Positions 27,033 through 36,208 of a DNA stretch of 64,000 nucleotides are shown piece after piece; position 1 is the first letter of the stretch; the number at the start of each line of letters is the position of its first letter. The notes below the pieces were generated by a model. It worked only from the letters and a program-made list of their open reading frames with translations, did not search any database and was not told the origin of the DNA. The position numbers and the translations under genes were made by a program. The stretch comes from Sphingobacteriales bacterium (GTDB lineage: Bacteria; Bacteroidota; Bacteroidia; Chitinophagales; LD1), in the NCBI GenBank assembly GCA_018262795.1, contig JADFDM010000015.1:9253-73252 (forward strand), in the 5' to 3' direction.

Positions 27033-27437
27033 TTAACTCACCGGATTGAGTACGATACTGAAAATTTTGTATTGACTCATATCGCGACCATAGTAGAATT
27101 TATCGAGCGCCTCGTACATATTTGATGCTCTGAAGTAGGATGTATGCAGACGATTTTCCCCCATCTTAATCCATTGAATGGTCATGCTGCTTTCGTTGTG
27201 ATAGTTCTGCACAATGTAGTCCAGCATTTTCTTGAGCGCATCTATTTTATCGGTGCCAAGGATGGTATGGAATAGGAATGACTGGTCGTGCTTGGGGTTT
27301 ACTGTAACTAAATCCAAGCGAACGGTTTCGTTCTTCTCCTTATAATTAAAAATAAGATTCTGCGGATCAAGTCCTAAGCGCGTTGCTACCTCCTTTTGAT
27401 AGTGAGCTATTTCAACATTTTGATCGGGTCGGGTCAT
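27033..27437 (-). CDS. Hypothetical 134-aa protein downstream of ClpP paralogue
   Basis: A clean ORF on the same strand, 110 nt after clpP. I recognise no motif in it. Confidence 0.45.
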   Translation of the reverse strand: MTRPDQNVEIAHYQKEVATRLGLDPQNLIFNYKEKNETVRLDLVTVNPKHDQSFLFHTILGTDKIDALKKMLDYIVQNYHNESSMTIQWIKMGENRLHTSYFRASNMYEALDKFYYGRDMSQYKIFSIVLNPVS

Positions 27438-27547
27438 AATACATATTCAAAGGGGTACTGAAAGTAAATATCAATGTGCCGCCAGTACTTTAAAAAGAAG
27501 CAATAGCTTATCAAGCTCAGTTTCTTACTGTTATCAGTATATTTTTG

Positions 27548-28165
27548 CTAACTCAACTTGTCGGCCACCTTATCTACGATACCAAACTTCACGGCTTCTT
27601 GCGCATTCATCCAAAAGTCGCGGTCAAAGTCTTTCATAATCTGCTCAAAAGTTTTGCCGCAGTTTTTTGCCAGCACTTGTGCACTCAATTCCTTAGTTTT
27701 TTGAATTTCCTTAGCGGTGATTTCAATATCGGTAGCTTGTCCGTACATGCCACCCAATGAAGGTTGGTGTATCATCACCCTTCCATTGGGCCATATTTGC
27801 CGGCTGCCTTTTTTGCCTCCGCTTAGCAAAATAGATCCCATAGAGGCCGCTAAGCCCATACAGATAGTATGTACCGGGGAAGAAATCATTTGCATAGTAT
27901 CATATATCACCATTCCGGAAGTAACCACACCGCCCGGGCTGTTGATGTAAAAGAAAATTTCTTTCCCAGGATCATTGGCTTCCAGAAACAAAAGTCGGTT
28001 TACTACTTTTTCAGATGACTCATCGGTGACGGGTCCCCATAAAAAGACTCTGCGTTGCTCCAGGAATTTGTTGTCGAACTTCATCATTCCTCCGGCAAAC
28101 TTCTCGATCAATTTATCGGGTTCCATACCGGGAGTCTCCGGCTCATCTTCCATTCTATAATTCAT
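27548..28165 (-). CDS. clpP: ATP-dependent Clp protease proteolytic subunit, divergent-N-terminus paralogue
   Basis: The Ser-His-Asp triad is present: [31 protein letters not shown] (Ser), RVMIHQPS (His), [18 protein letters not shown] (Asp). The ATG at 28165 is preferred over the GTG at 28186 because of the upstream TATTTTTG box. Confidence 0.85.
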   Translation of the reverse strand: MNYRMEDEPETPGMEPDKLIEKFAGGMMKFDNKFLEQRRVFLWGPVTDESSEKVVNRLLFLEANDPGKEIFFYINSPGGVVTSGMVIYDTMQMISSPVHTICMGLAASMGSILLSGGKKGSRQIWPNGRVMIHQPSLGGMYGQATDIEITAKEIQKTKELSAQVLAKNCGKTFEQIMKDFDRDFWMNAQEAVKFGIVDKVADKLS

Positions 28166-28191
28166 AAATAGTTTTGGTTTTAACACAAAGT

Positions 28192-28199
28192 CAAAAATA
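28192..28199 (-). promoter_or_regulatory. Candidate Bacteroidota -7 promoter box (TATTTTTG) for clpP
   Basis: The reverse complement of caaaaata is TATTTTTG, which fits the TAnnTTTG consensus. It lies 26 nt upstream of the ATG at 28165. I saw no clear -33 TTG. Confidence 0.3.
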
Positions 28200-28330
28200 G
28201 AATATTTTGCATGGCGTGGTAATCTGCTTTTCTATTATTCTCCATTTTTAAAATCAATGTGTAGCGGCTTAGCTAACAAATTCATTCGGGCAACCTCAAA
28301 AGGATTTTATCTTTGAATAAACAATTTGAT

Positions 28331-28663
28331 ATGGAGGAAGAACAAAAACCAGCTGAGCCGGAAGATGGCCATGTGAAAATAAAGAAGACGTACTTGCTAT
28401 GGGGAGGCATCGTATTAGTAGCCGGCATAGCGCTTTTTTTTATTTTAAAACCTTCCTCGACCGAAAAGTCATCCTTAAAACCACCTACCTATCAACGAGA
28501 TGAGCCGACACAGCCGCAGATCATGAAGGAAGATTTTCAGCAGAAAATACAAGAAATGATAGACAGCGGAATGACGGTGAATGAAATTTCGCGGGAGACC
28601 GGGGTGCGCAAAGACCTGATTCGAAAAATTAAAAAAGAGAAAGCAGCCGCGCAGAAGCCTTGA
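28331..28663 (+). CDS. Small hypothetical protein: acidic N-terminus, one TM helix, basic helix-turn-helix-like tail
   Basis: It has LLWGGIVLVAGIALFFIL (TM helix) and a C-terminal GMTVNEISRETGVRKDLIRKIKKEK. The ATG at 28331 is preferred over the TTG at 28313. Confidence 0.4.
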   Translation: MEEEQKPAEPEDGHVKIKKTYLLWGGIVLVAGIALFFILKPSSTEKSSLKPPTYQRDEPTQPQIMKEDFQQKIQEMIDSGMTVNEISRETGVRKDLIRKIKKEKAAAQKP

Positions 28664-28734
28664 ATTCTTATCCGCTTTTTGTTGAAAAAATACTTCGCGT
28701 AAGCTGTTTGTTCTGTGCATTTTAGCGGCTATTA

Positions 28735-29535
28735 ATGATACCACTTTCTCTGTTTGATAATACTTCAGCTCCTGCACTAACATCGAAAGATGAGGTAAAC
28801 GGCATTCAACGACAATTTGAGATTGTGGTGAATGGGGAAAATATTCCTGTTCGTATTTTGTTTGAACCTCGCTTTAATAATCGAGTAACGGTGAACAAGA
28901 AAGGTATTCTGCTGCGCGTTAACGAAAAGCAGGAGAAAGCCGAGCAGCGCAAAAGTATTGATACCCTGCTGAAGTGGGCGAAAAATAAATTAGGCGACAA
29001 ACCCGAATTGCTCGACAGCCTTCCGCAGCGCAAATATGTAAATGGAGAAATTTTGCAAGTAGGGGAACAAGAGTTCGTTATTTCTATACATTACCACAGC
29101 GCAGCCAATTCCACGGCTAAACTGTTCCGAAATAACATTGTTCTATCGCTGGCAAAAGGACTTACCCCCGAGTCGGAAGCCAATGCCTGTTCATATTTGG
29201 TAGCGAAATGCTTGTGCCGCTTTTTTCAACCGCTCATCAGTGAACGGCTACATGATTTTAACCATCGGTTTTTTAAGAAACAGTTGGGCACAGTCAAAAT
29301 GAAATACGCCACCAGTTTTTGGGGGCATTGCTCTGCACAGGGCAATATTGTTATTTCAATTCGTCTGCTATTTGCTCCTCGCTCGGTAGTGGACTATGTG
29401 TTAATACACGAATTGGCTCACTTAGTACATCACAACCATTCTTCTCGCTTTTGGAAATTAGTAGAGACAGTGATGCCTTCCTATGAAAATGCTGAAAAGC
29501 ATTTAAAAGATCACAACTACTTGTATTACTTATAA
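28735..29535 (+). CDS. YgjP-like (DUF45/M48-type) metal-dependent hydrolase
   Basis: A C-terminal VLIHELAHLVHHNHSSRFWKLVETVMPSY (HExxH plus the SxxFW pattern) in a ~266-aa protein. Confidence 0.7.
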   Translation: MIPLSLFDNTSAPALTSKDEVNGIQRQFEIVVNGENIPVRILFEPRFNNRVTVNKKGILLRVNEKQEKAEQRKSIDTLLKWAKNKLGDKPELLDSLPQRKYVNGEILQVGEQEFVISIHYHSAANSTAKLFRNNIVLSLAKGLTPESEANACSYLVAKCLCRFFQPLISERLHDFNHRFFKKQLGTVKMKYATSFWGHCSAQGNIVISIRLLFAPRSVVDYVLIHELAHLVHHNHSSRFWKLVETVMPSYENAEKHLKDHNYLYYL

Positions 29536-29574
29536 ACTAACACTTGTTTGGTTCACTCGCGAACAGTATATTCG

Positions 29575-29588
29575 CTAACAGTTGTTAG
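29575..29588 (+). promoter_or_regulatory. Candidate TetR/PaaR operator palindrome CTAACA-GT-TGTTAG
   Basis: Perfect 6-bp inverted arms lie immediately upstream of the TetR ATG (29591). The sequence resembles the Thermus PaaR consensus CNAACGNNCGTTNG as I recall it. A second palindrome, GCGAA-N7-TTCGC, sits at 29559-29575. Confidence 0.4.
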
Positions 29589-29590
29589 CC

Positions 29591-30169
29591 ATGAGCACCA
29601 CTACATTAAGCACAAAAGACAATATTCGCCATACAGCCGAAAAGCTTTTCCGCGAGAGAGGATATGCTGCTATTGGTATGCGGGAGCTGGCACGTGAAGT
29701 AGGAATTGAAGCTCCGAGTATTTACAACCATTATAAGTCAAAGGATGATTTGTTACGTGAAATTTGCTTCGACATAGCCGAGCAATTTTTCAAAGCCTTT
29801 GAAATAGCCGAGAGAATACACGAAAAGCCCGGCAAAAAAATAAAGCAGTTGATGAAAGCGCACGTAAGTGTGATTGCCCGAAATCTTGAAGCCTCAGAAG
29901 TGTTTTTCAATGAATGGATGTTTCTGCAAGAGCCGCATCTATCTGACTTTAAGAAGCAACGGTACGAATACGAAATGAAATTTCGGGAAGCGATTGAAGC
30001 GGGAATGAAACAGGGAAGTTTCAAAAAGATGAATTCAAAATTAGTTGCTTTTGCAATTTTTTCCTCCTTAAATGCCACCTATGATTTGCTTAAAAACAAT
30101 GAACCGATGGCGGAGGAGAACATCGCGGAAGACATTGCCAATCTTTTATTAAAAGGACTTAAAGAGTAA
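29591..30169 (+). CDS. TetR/AcrR-family transcriptional regulator (possible PaaR-type)
   Basis: N-terminal HTH: [44 protein letters not shown]. It ends 20 nt upstream of paaA on the same strand. Confidence 0.85.
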   Translation: MSTTTLSTKDNIRHTAEKLFRERGYAAIGMRELAREVGIEAPSIYNHYKSKDDLLREICFDIAEQFFKAFEIAERIHEKPGKKIKQLMKAHVSVIARNLEASEVFFNEWMFLQEPHLSDFKKQRYEYEMKFREAIEAGMKQGSFKKMNSKLVAFAIFSSLNATYDLLKNNEPMAEENIAEDIANLLLKGLKE

Positions 30170-30189
30170 TTAAAAAAAACAAAACCATT

Positions 30190-31176
30190 ATGTACGGAAG
30201 CACTAATATTACAGAGGAAGATGCCCGAAGAATGAATGTAAGCGATGAAGAGCCGGAGAAATTACTGGCCTTTGAAGATCGGATAGCCCGCGGTGAAAAG
30301 ATTGAACCGGGCGACTGGATGCCGAAGGAATACCGAAGGCAGTTGCTTCGAATGATTGAGCAACATGCCCACAGTGAAATTGTAGGCGCACTTCCCGAAG
30401 GCACTTGGATTACCCGCGCTCCTAATTTCAGGCGCAAGCTGGCTTTAATTGCCAAGGTGCAGGACGAAATTGGCCATGGGCAATTATTGTATTCTGCGGC
30501 TGAAACGCTGGGGAAAACTCGTGAACAAATGCTGGAAGACTTGCTGAACGGCAAGAGCAAATACTCCAATGTATTTAACTATCCGGCTAAAACTTGGGCC
30601 GACATAGCTGTGATTGGATTTTTAGTAGATGGAGCGGCTATCGTTAATCAAGTCATTAATTCCAAAGGCTCTTATGGGCCTTACTGTCGGGCATTGGAAA
30701 GAATATGTTACGAGGAAAGTTTTCATTTAAAACAAGGACACGATAATGTGGTTTATCTCGCCACCGGCACCAAACATCAGCGAGCCATTCTACAAGATGC
30801 CATTAATCGCTGGTACCGCCCGCTGTTACACTTCTTTGGGCCACCCGATAAAATGAGTGCCCACAGTGAAAAATTGATGAAATGGAAAGTAAAGCTGGCT
30901 TCCAATGATGATATGCGCAATCAGTTTCTCGATCAGTATGTGCCCAAAATTTTAGAGTTAGACATTACTTTTCCCGACCCTAATCTTCGGAAAAACAACG
31001 ATGGTATTTGGGAATTCAGCGACCCAGATTGGGAGGAGTTTAAACGAGTAATAAACGGTGGCGGCCCTTGTAATGCCGAGCGATTAGAAGTCAGAAGGTA
31101 TGCTGAGGAAGCAGGCCGTTGGGTGCGCCAAGCACTCTTGAATCCGCAAGAGAAATATCAAGTTCCATTAGCTTAA
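30190..31176 (+). CDS. paaA: 1,2-phenylacetyl-CoA epoxidase, catalytic subunit A
   Basis: [57 protein letters not shown] and [11 protein letters not shown] are collinear with E. coli PaaA. Confidence 0.92.
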   Translation: MYGSTNITEEDARRMNVSDEEPEKLLAFEDRIARGEKIEPGDWMPKEYRRQLLRMIEQHAHSEIVGALPEGTWITRAPNFRRKLALIAKVQDEIGHGQLLYSAAETLGKTREQMLEDLLNGKSKYSNVFNYPAKTWADIAVIGFLVDGAAIVNQVINSKGSYGPYCRALERICYEESFHLKQGHDNVVYLATGTKHQRAILQDAINRWYRPLLHFFGPPDKMSAHSEKLMKWKVKLASNDDMRNQFLDQYVPKILELDITFPDPNLRKNNDGIWEFSDPDWEEFKRVINGGGPCNAERLEVRRYAEEAGRWVRQALLNPQEKYQVPLA

Positions 31177-31191
31177 AAAAAGAAGAATAGC

Positions 31192-31563
31192 ATGAGTTCA
31201 TTAGATCCCCGAGTCAATCGGCTCGACACAAAAAAAGTAAAGGATGGAGAGCTACACACTAACTCCCATCTGATTACCTGGGAGGTATTCCATCAGGAAA
31301 AGCGCGGCAAACAAGTGACCCATTGCGGCATTGTTCACGCTTCCACACCCGAAATAGCATTGGTGCTTGCCAAAGAACAATTTGCTCGCAGAGGGAAGAC
31401 CACTAATCTTTGGGTAGCTAAAACCACAGATATTTATACTTTTTCCTCAGAGGACGAAGATATTTTTGAAACCACTCCGGAGAAAACTTTCCGGGAACCG
31501 GGCGCTTATAAAGTGCGCGGAAGAATTGAAAAATTTCAGAAAGAAAATAAAGCTGACGTATGA
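31192..31563 (+). CDS. paaB: 1,2-phenylacetyl-CoA epoxidase subunit B
   Basis: WEVFHQEKRGKQVTHCGIVHASTPEIALVLAKEQFARRGKTTNLWV matches the PaaB pattern, and the gene sits in the paaB position. Confidence 0.85.
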   Translation: MSSLDPRVNRLDTKKVKDGELHTNSHLITWEVFHQEKRGKQVTHCGIVHASTPEIALVLAKEQFARRGKTTNLWVAKTTDIYTFSSEDEDIFETTPEKTFREPGAYKVRGRIEKFQKENKADV

Positions 31564-32318
31564 ATAACAACGCTGTGAAAGAATTACTGTATAAAATGGC
31601 TGATGACGCACTAATAATCGGCCATCGCAATTCAGAATGGACCGGTATAGGACCTATGTTGGAAGAAGACTTGGCGTTTTCTTCTATTGCTCAAGACAAA
31701 ATAGGCCATGCGCTGGCACTTTACACCATACTGCACGATGTGTTGGGCGAACCGCATCCCGATCAACTGGGCTTTATGAGAAAGGAAAAAGATTTCCACT
31801 GCTGCCAATACGTGGAACAGCCTATTGGCGAATATGACTTCAGTCTAATGAGGCAGTTTCTTTTTGACAATGCCGAATTACTGCGCTATGAGGCACTCAC
31901 TCGATCTTCTTTTGAGCCTTTGGCACAGTTAGCTCGCAAAGCGAAAGGAGAAATAAAATACCACGTGATGCATGGCGATACTTTTATGAAGCAACTCGGC
32001 AACGGCTCAGAAGAAAGCCAGGCTCGCTTACAAAGTGCATTAAACAATTCCTGGCATCTGGCACTTGGAATCTTTGAAAATAGTGAGTTTGAAAAGGAGT
32101 TGATACAAGAAGGAATTTTTACCGGAGAAGAAGAATTGAAAAGAAAGTGGCTGGAGAAAATCACTCCCACCCTTGAAGCGGCAAATCTTAAATTACCCGC
32201 AACCGAAGAAAATAAAATAGTGTATGGTGGTCGAAAAGGTTCCCATTCAGAATTTCTAACTCCCTTGTTAAATGAAATGACCGAAGTGGTTCGTACAGAT
32301 ATAGACGCAGAATGGTAA
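31560..32318 (+). CDS. paaC: 1,2-phenylacetyl-CoA epoxidase subunit C
   Basis: A 252-aa protein with LLYKMADDALIIGHRNSEWTGIGPMLEEDLAFSSIAQDKIGHA, a ferritin-like PaaC pattern. It has a 4-nt overlap with paaB. Confidence 0.85.
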   Translation: MNNNAVKELLYKMADDALIIGHRNSEWTGIGPMLEEDLAFSSIAQDKIGHALALYTILHDVLGEPHPDQLGFMRKEKDFHCCQYVEQPIGEYDFSLMRQFLFDNAELLRYEALTRSSFEPLAQLARKAKGEIKYHVMHGDTFMKQLGNGSEESQARLQSALNNSWHLALGIFENSEFEKELIQEGIFTGEEELKRKWLEKITPTLEAANLKLPATEENKIVYGGRKGSHSEFLTPLLNEMTEVVRTDIDAEW

Positions 32319-32322
32319 ATAA

Positions 32323-32829
32323 ATGGCGGAAGTAAAAAACATAAGCGAAGAAGAGGTATGGTCAGCTCTCGAAAATGTAAAAGACCCGGAGATTCCTGTG
32401 ATTTCTATTGTGGAAATGGGAATGATAACTGGAGTAGAGTTGACTTCCACTTCAAAATGCGTGGTCACTATGACTCCTACCTTTGTAGGTTGCCCGGCTA
32501 TTGGCATGATGAAAAAAGATATTGCCGAACAGATGACCAAATTAGGATTTGAAGAAGTGGAAGTACGGGTTGACTTAGCCACAAGCTGGACCAGCGACCG
32601 CATGCAACCGGAGGCAAAAAGAAAACTTGAGAAATTTGGACTGGCTCCCCCTCCCTCTTTATTAGCAGACGAAGAACTCAGCGAAGAAGTGCTCAATCGA
32701 GTTCGCTGTCCGCATTGCGGAAGCACAGATACCACCCTGCGATCATCTTTTGGTTCTACCCTTTGCAGAGCCATTCGCTTTTGTTTTCACTGCAAGCAGG
32801 GCTTTGAGCAGTTTAAACCCGTTCAGTAA
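32323..32829 (+). CDS. paaD: 1,2-phenylacetyl-CoA epoxidase subunit D (DUF59 domain + C-terminal Cys cluster)
   Basis: It has VWSALENVKDPEIPVISIVEMGMI (DUF59) and a C-terminal RCPHCGS...CRAIRFCFHCKQGFEQFK. Confidence 0.85.
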   Translation: MAEVKNISEEEVWSALENVKDPEIPVISIVEMGMITGVELTSTSKCVVTMTPTFVGCPAIGMMKKDIAEQMTKLGFEEVEVRVDLATSWTSDRMQPEAKRKLEKFGLAPPPSLLADEELSEEVLNRVRCPHCGSTDTTLRSSFGSTLCRAIRFCFHCKQGFEQFKPVQ

Positions 32830-32850
32830 AAATATGCTTGCTATGATTCT

Positions 32851-32882
32851 ATGAAGGCCGAGTGGCCTCACTCTTCATTTTT
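32851..32882 (+). terminator. Candidate rho-independent terminator after paaD
   Basis: ATGAAG-GCC-gagt-GGC-ctcact-CTTCAT gives a 6+3 bp stem with an internal loop, followed by a TTTTT run. Confidence 0.45.
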
Positions 32883-32961
32883 GAAAACCACAGCGCTTCT
32901 TCCCTCCTTTATCTTTTGCATTTTAATAACATAAAACATACCTTCCGTAAAAATTAGGCGC

Positions 32962-34833
32962 ATGAAGCAGTTGTACTTTTTGTTCTTGCTCTGGATAAGC
33001 TCACCAGTTTTTTCGACCGCATCCGATGTAAATCTATTAAACGATAGCGCTGCATCACTTTTAAACTCCAACCCTAAAGAAGCGCTCAAGCAAGCCCGCC
33101 ATGCAAAACTGGAAGCAGAAAAAGCAAAAGATGAATTCGGAGTAGATCGCGCCTTTGCACTAATAGGGGTGGCTCATTATAAAATAGATCATTATGACAG
33201 TGCTAAATTTTATTTGAACCGAGCCATTGACTTGGCAGAAGAAAATTCAGATTCCATTTCTTTGGCGTACGCTACTTATTGGAAAGGGAATATAGAGTTG
33301 TTTAAAGGATCATACTCAAAAGCGTTGGATCTATATCAGAAAGTTTATACCCTTTCAATGAAAACAGGGGATAAACAAAATATGACCCGCGCCATTGACG
33401 GGAAAGCATCTATCTATGAATCGCTGGACGAAACCGATAAAGCAGAAGAGTATTACCTCGAAGCATTGAAAATCGCCCAAGAATCAGACTTTGACGAGTG
33501 GATACCAACAGTCACCTTTTCATTGGGCAACATTGCTTATAAAAAGGGGAAAATAGAGGAGGCAATAAAAAAGTATCAAGAGGCTATACGCCTATCCGAT
33601 GCAAGTGGCAACTTGAACAATAAGGCGAACTGCCTACAGCAATTAGCCTCCATTTATTATGAGCAGAATAAGTCAGAGGAAGCGATAGAATTTATTCGGC
33701 AGGCGATGGATATTTTCAAGGAAACCGGTTCCGCTTCTTCCTTCAGTTACAGCCGGCTGCTGATGAGTGCTATTCTATTAAAGGATAAAGAATGGGATTT
33801 GGCCATTAAGCTGGCACAAAACTCATTAGAGGAAGGGAAAGCGAAAAAAGATGTTGCCTTACAACGAGATGCTGCTGAAATTCTCTATTATGCTTATCGG
33901 GGGAAAAAGAGCACTGCCGAAGCACTCGACTTCCACATTATGTTTCATCAACTCTCTGAAAGTAAACACCGGGAGGAGTTGACCAAAAAATTGACGCAGA
34001 TGGAATTGCAATCTAATTTCGAAAATGAACGAAAGATTGATAAAGCGCGTCAAGAAAAATTAAATGCCGAAATGAATGCCCGCATAGGAGAAGAAAAATT
34101 GATGAAGAAGGCGGTCATCATTGGTTTTATTTTTATTGCCCTGATAGCCGCAGTAGCCATTTTTGCTTTTATGCAAAAGCGCAAAGATACCCGACTGATT
34201 GATGCTGAAAAAAGAAAGAGCGATGAACTACTCAGAAGCCTGTTGCCCCATACACTGATTGCAGAAGTACAAGAACAACGCAAACACTTGAGCAATAATC
34301 ACTGTACCGTCATCTTTGCCGATATTAAAAATTCATCCGGATCGACAGAAACTATTAAAGCAGAAAGAGCGCTTTTCACTAAAACATTCAATGCTATTTT
34401 AGCAAAACATCAATTAGAAAGTATCAAAGGTGATGATGAGGTATTGATGGGAATAGGGCAAAATGGAACCTCGGCCAAACACTTAGCGACCAGCGTGATT
34501 CGAGGTGGAATTGAACTGTTGGAATTTGCTAAAATGAGAAAGGCAGAAAATCAGAAAAACGGAAATCCTTTTCTTGAAATCGGTATTGGCATTCATACCG
34601 GTTCCGTTATTGCAGGAATCGTTGGTTTAAAAACCTCCGGCCACGATATTTGGGGCGATACCGTAAACATTGCCGCCAGGATAGAACAACACGGCATGGC
34701 GGGGAAAGTCAATATTTCATCGGCTACCTATTCTTTTGTAAAGGATGATTTCAATTGTGTGCACTATGGCAACATTCCCATCAGCGGTGACGGAGAGCTT
34801 GAAATGTATTTTATTGATTTGTCACTGGCTTAA
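32962..34833 (+). CDS. Membrane-anchored TPR-sensor class III nucleotide cyclase (divergent first catalytic half)
   Basis: A signal peptide and a ~340-aa TPR-like ectodomain are followed by a coiled coil and a TM helix (AVIIGFIFIALIAAVAIFAF). The cyclase domain has VIFADIKNSS, SIKGDDEVLMG and IGIHTGSVIAGIVGLKTSGHDIWGDTVNIAARIE. Confidence 0.8.
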   Translation: MKQLYFLFLLWISSPVFSTASDVNLLNDSAASLLNSNPKEALKQARHAKLEAEKAKDEFGVDRAFALIGVAHYKIDHYDSAKFYLNRAIDLAEENSDSISLAYATYWKGNIELFKGSYSKALDLYQKVYTLSMKTGDKQNMTRAIDGKASIYESLDETDKAEEYYLEALKIAQESDFDEWIPTVTFSLGNIAYKKGKIEEAIKKYQEAIRLSDASGNLNNKANCLQQLASIYYEQNKSEEAIEFIRQAMDIFKETGSASSFSYSRLLMSAILLKDKEWDLAIKLAQNSLEEGKAKKDVALQRDAAEILYYAYRGKKSTAEALDFHIMFHQLSESKHREELTKKLTQMELQSNFENERKIDKARQEKLNAEMNARIGEEKLMKKAVIIGFIFIALIAAVAIFAFMQKRKDTRLIDAEKRKSDELLRSLLPHTLIAEVQEQRKHLSNNHCTVIFADIKNSSGSTETIKAERALFTKTFNAILAKHQLESIKGDDEVLMGIGQNGTSAKHLATSVIRGGIELLEFAKMRKAENQKNGNPFLEIGIGIHTGSVIAGIVGLKTSGHDIWGDTVNIAARIEQHGMAGKVNISSATYSFVKDDFNCVHYGNIPISGDGELEMYFIDLSLA

Positions 34834-34889
34834 CCAGTATTATTATTTACTTTGTCACCTCAGTTAGGCTCAAATTCATCTATTCACTT

Positions 34890-36179
34890 ATGTACCGTTT
34901 CTCTAAACTACTGCTTCTCTTTTTGTTGACGATAGGCTTCTTCCCGATGTATGCGCAATCGGGAAATAGCTCTAAACAGAAACAATTAGAAGAGATTAAG
35001 AAGCAGATTCAGGAAGATCAGAAAACCATTCTGCAACAACAGGAGTGGAATGACCAGTCTGCCCAACAAGAAATCAAAAAGTTAAATCAGGAAAACAAGA
35101 AGAAGAGTTTAGAAGTGCAATCTTCTAAGCAGGAGGCACAAAGCGCCAAGCAGGAAGCCCAGAAAGCCAAATTGGAATTACAGAACAAGCAGGTGGAGTT
35201 ATTGGAAACTCAGATAAAAATTGATTCTGCTAAAAGTATTCTGGACGAAACAGAAGCCCGGTTACAGTCGGCTGAAATGATTAACAAACGGATTTTAGAG
35301 GAGAAGCAAAGACAGGACGACAGCGTAAAAATTCTGAAGAAAGAACAGGAATTACAGGATGTTCAATTACAAGCCAAGCAGGTAGAACTGACTGCTCAGA
35401 AAGCAAAAAACGCTTTCTACATCATTATCGCAGGCATCTCTTTAACTCTCTTCTCCATCATCATTGTATTATTTCTGGGTCGGCAAAAAACGCTTCGTGA
35501 TTTAGGGGAGAAAAACAAAGTAATAGAAGAAGAAAAAAGAAAGAGCGATGAGTTGCTGCTCAACATTCTTCCCGAAGAAGTGATGCACGAATTAAAAGCG
35601 CATGGCAAAACTCAGGCGCGCAATTACTCGAAGGCTTCGGTGCTGTTTGCCGATATCAAAGACTTCACTTCCATCAGCGAGCGCTTAACTCCCGATGAAC
35701 TGATAGAGGGCTTAGACACCTATTTTGAACGATTCGATAAAATCATTGAGAAGCACAACATTGAGAAGATAAAGACCATAGGCGATGCTTATGTATGTGC
35801 CGGGGGCGTGCCTACCAAAAGTGAGGATAATGCTTTTGATGTAGTGCAGGCCGCACTTGATTTTCAAAAGGAAATTGAACGACTGCGGGTTGAACGTACT
35901 GCAAAAGGGAAAATTCCGTTTGAGTTCCGCATAGGTATCCATACCGGTCAGTTAGTTGCGGGAGTTATCGGTATTCGGAAGTTTGCCTATGATATTTGGG
36001 GCGATACCGTGAACATGGCCGCCCGGATGCAGCAGGCCGGAGAACCCGGAAAGATTAATATTTCAGGAGCCACCTATGAAATTGTAAAGCATAGATTTGT
36101 TTGCACCCCTCGTGGAAAGCATGAAGCAAAGAACAAAGGAGCCGTTGAAATGTATTTCGTTGAAAAGGCCATAAGCTGA
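34890..36179 (+). CDS. Membrane-anchored coiled-coil class III adenylate cyclase (all canonical catalytic residues)
   Basis: A signal peptide and a Q/K/E-rich coiled coil are followed by a TM helix (FYIIIAGISLTLFSIIIVLFLG). The cyclase domain has VLFADIKDFT, IKTIGDAYV and IGIHTGQLVAGVIGIRKFAYDIWGDTVNMAARMQ. Confidence 0.85.
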   Translation: MYRFSKLLLLFLLTIGFFPMYAQSGNSSKQKQLEEIKKQIQEDQKTILQQQEWNDQSAQQEIKKLNQENKKKSLEVQSSKQEAQSAKQEAQKAKLELQNKQVELLETQIKIDSAKSILDETEARLQSAEMINKRILEEKQRQDDSVKILKKEQELQDVQLQAKQVELTAQKAKNAFYIIIAGISLTLFSIIIVLFLGRQKTLRDLGEKNKVIEEEKRKSDELLLNILPEEVMHELKAHGKTQARNYSKASVLFADIKDFTSISERLTPDELIEGLDTYFERFDKIIEKHNIEKIKTIGDAYVCAGGVPTKSEDNAFDVVQAALDFQKEIERLRVERTAKGKIPFEFRIGIHTGQLVAGVIGIRKFAYDIWGDTVNMAARMQQAGEPGKINISGATYEIVKHRFVCTPRGKHEAKNKGAVEMYFVEKAIS

Positions 36180-36208
36180 TTATTAAATAATTTTATTTTT
36201 ATCCCTTC

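Noticed and set aside
32268-32774. A 168-aa minus-strand ORF of exactly the same length as paaD and almost fully antisense to it.
   Set aside because: It is a Ser/Thr-rich, low-complexity translation with no motif. paaD on the + strand has clear DUF59 and Cys-cluster motifs. The equal length looks coincidental.
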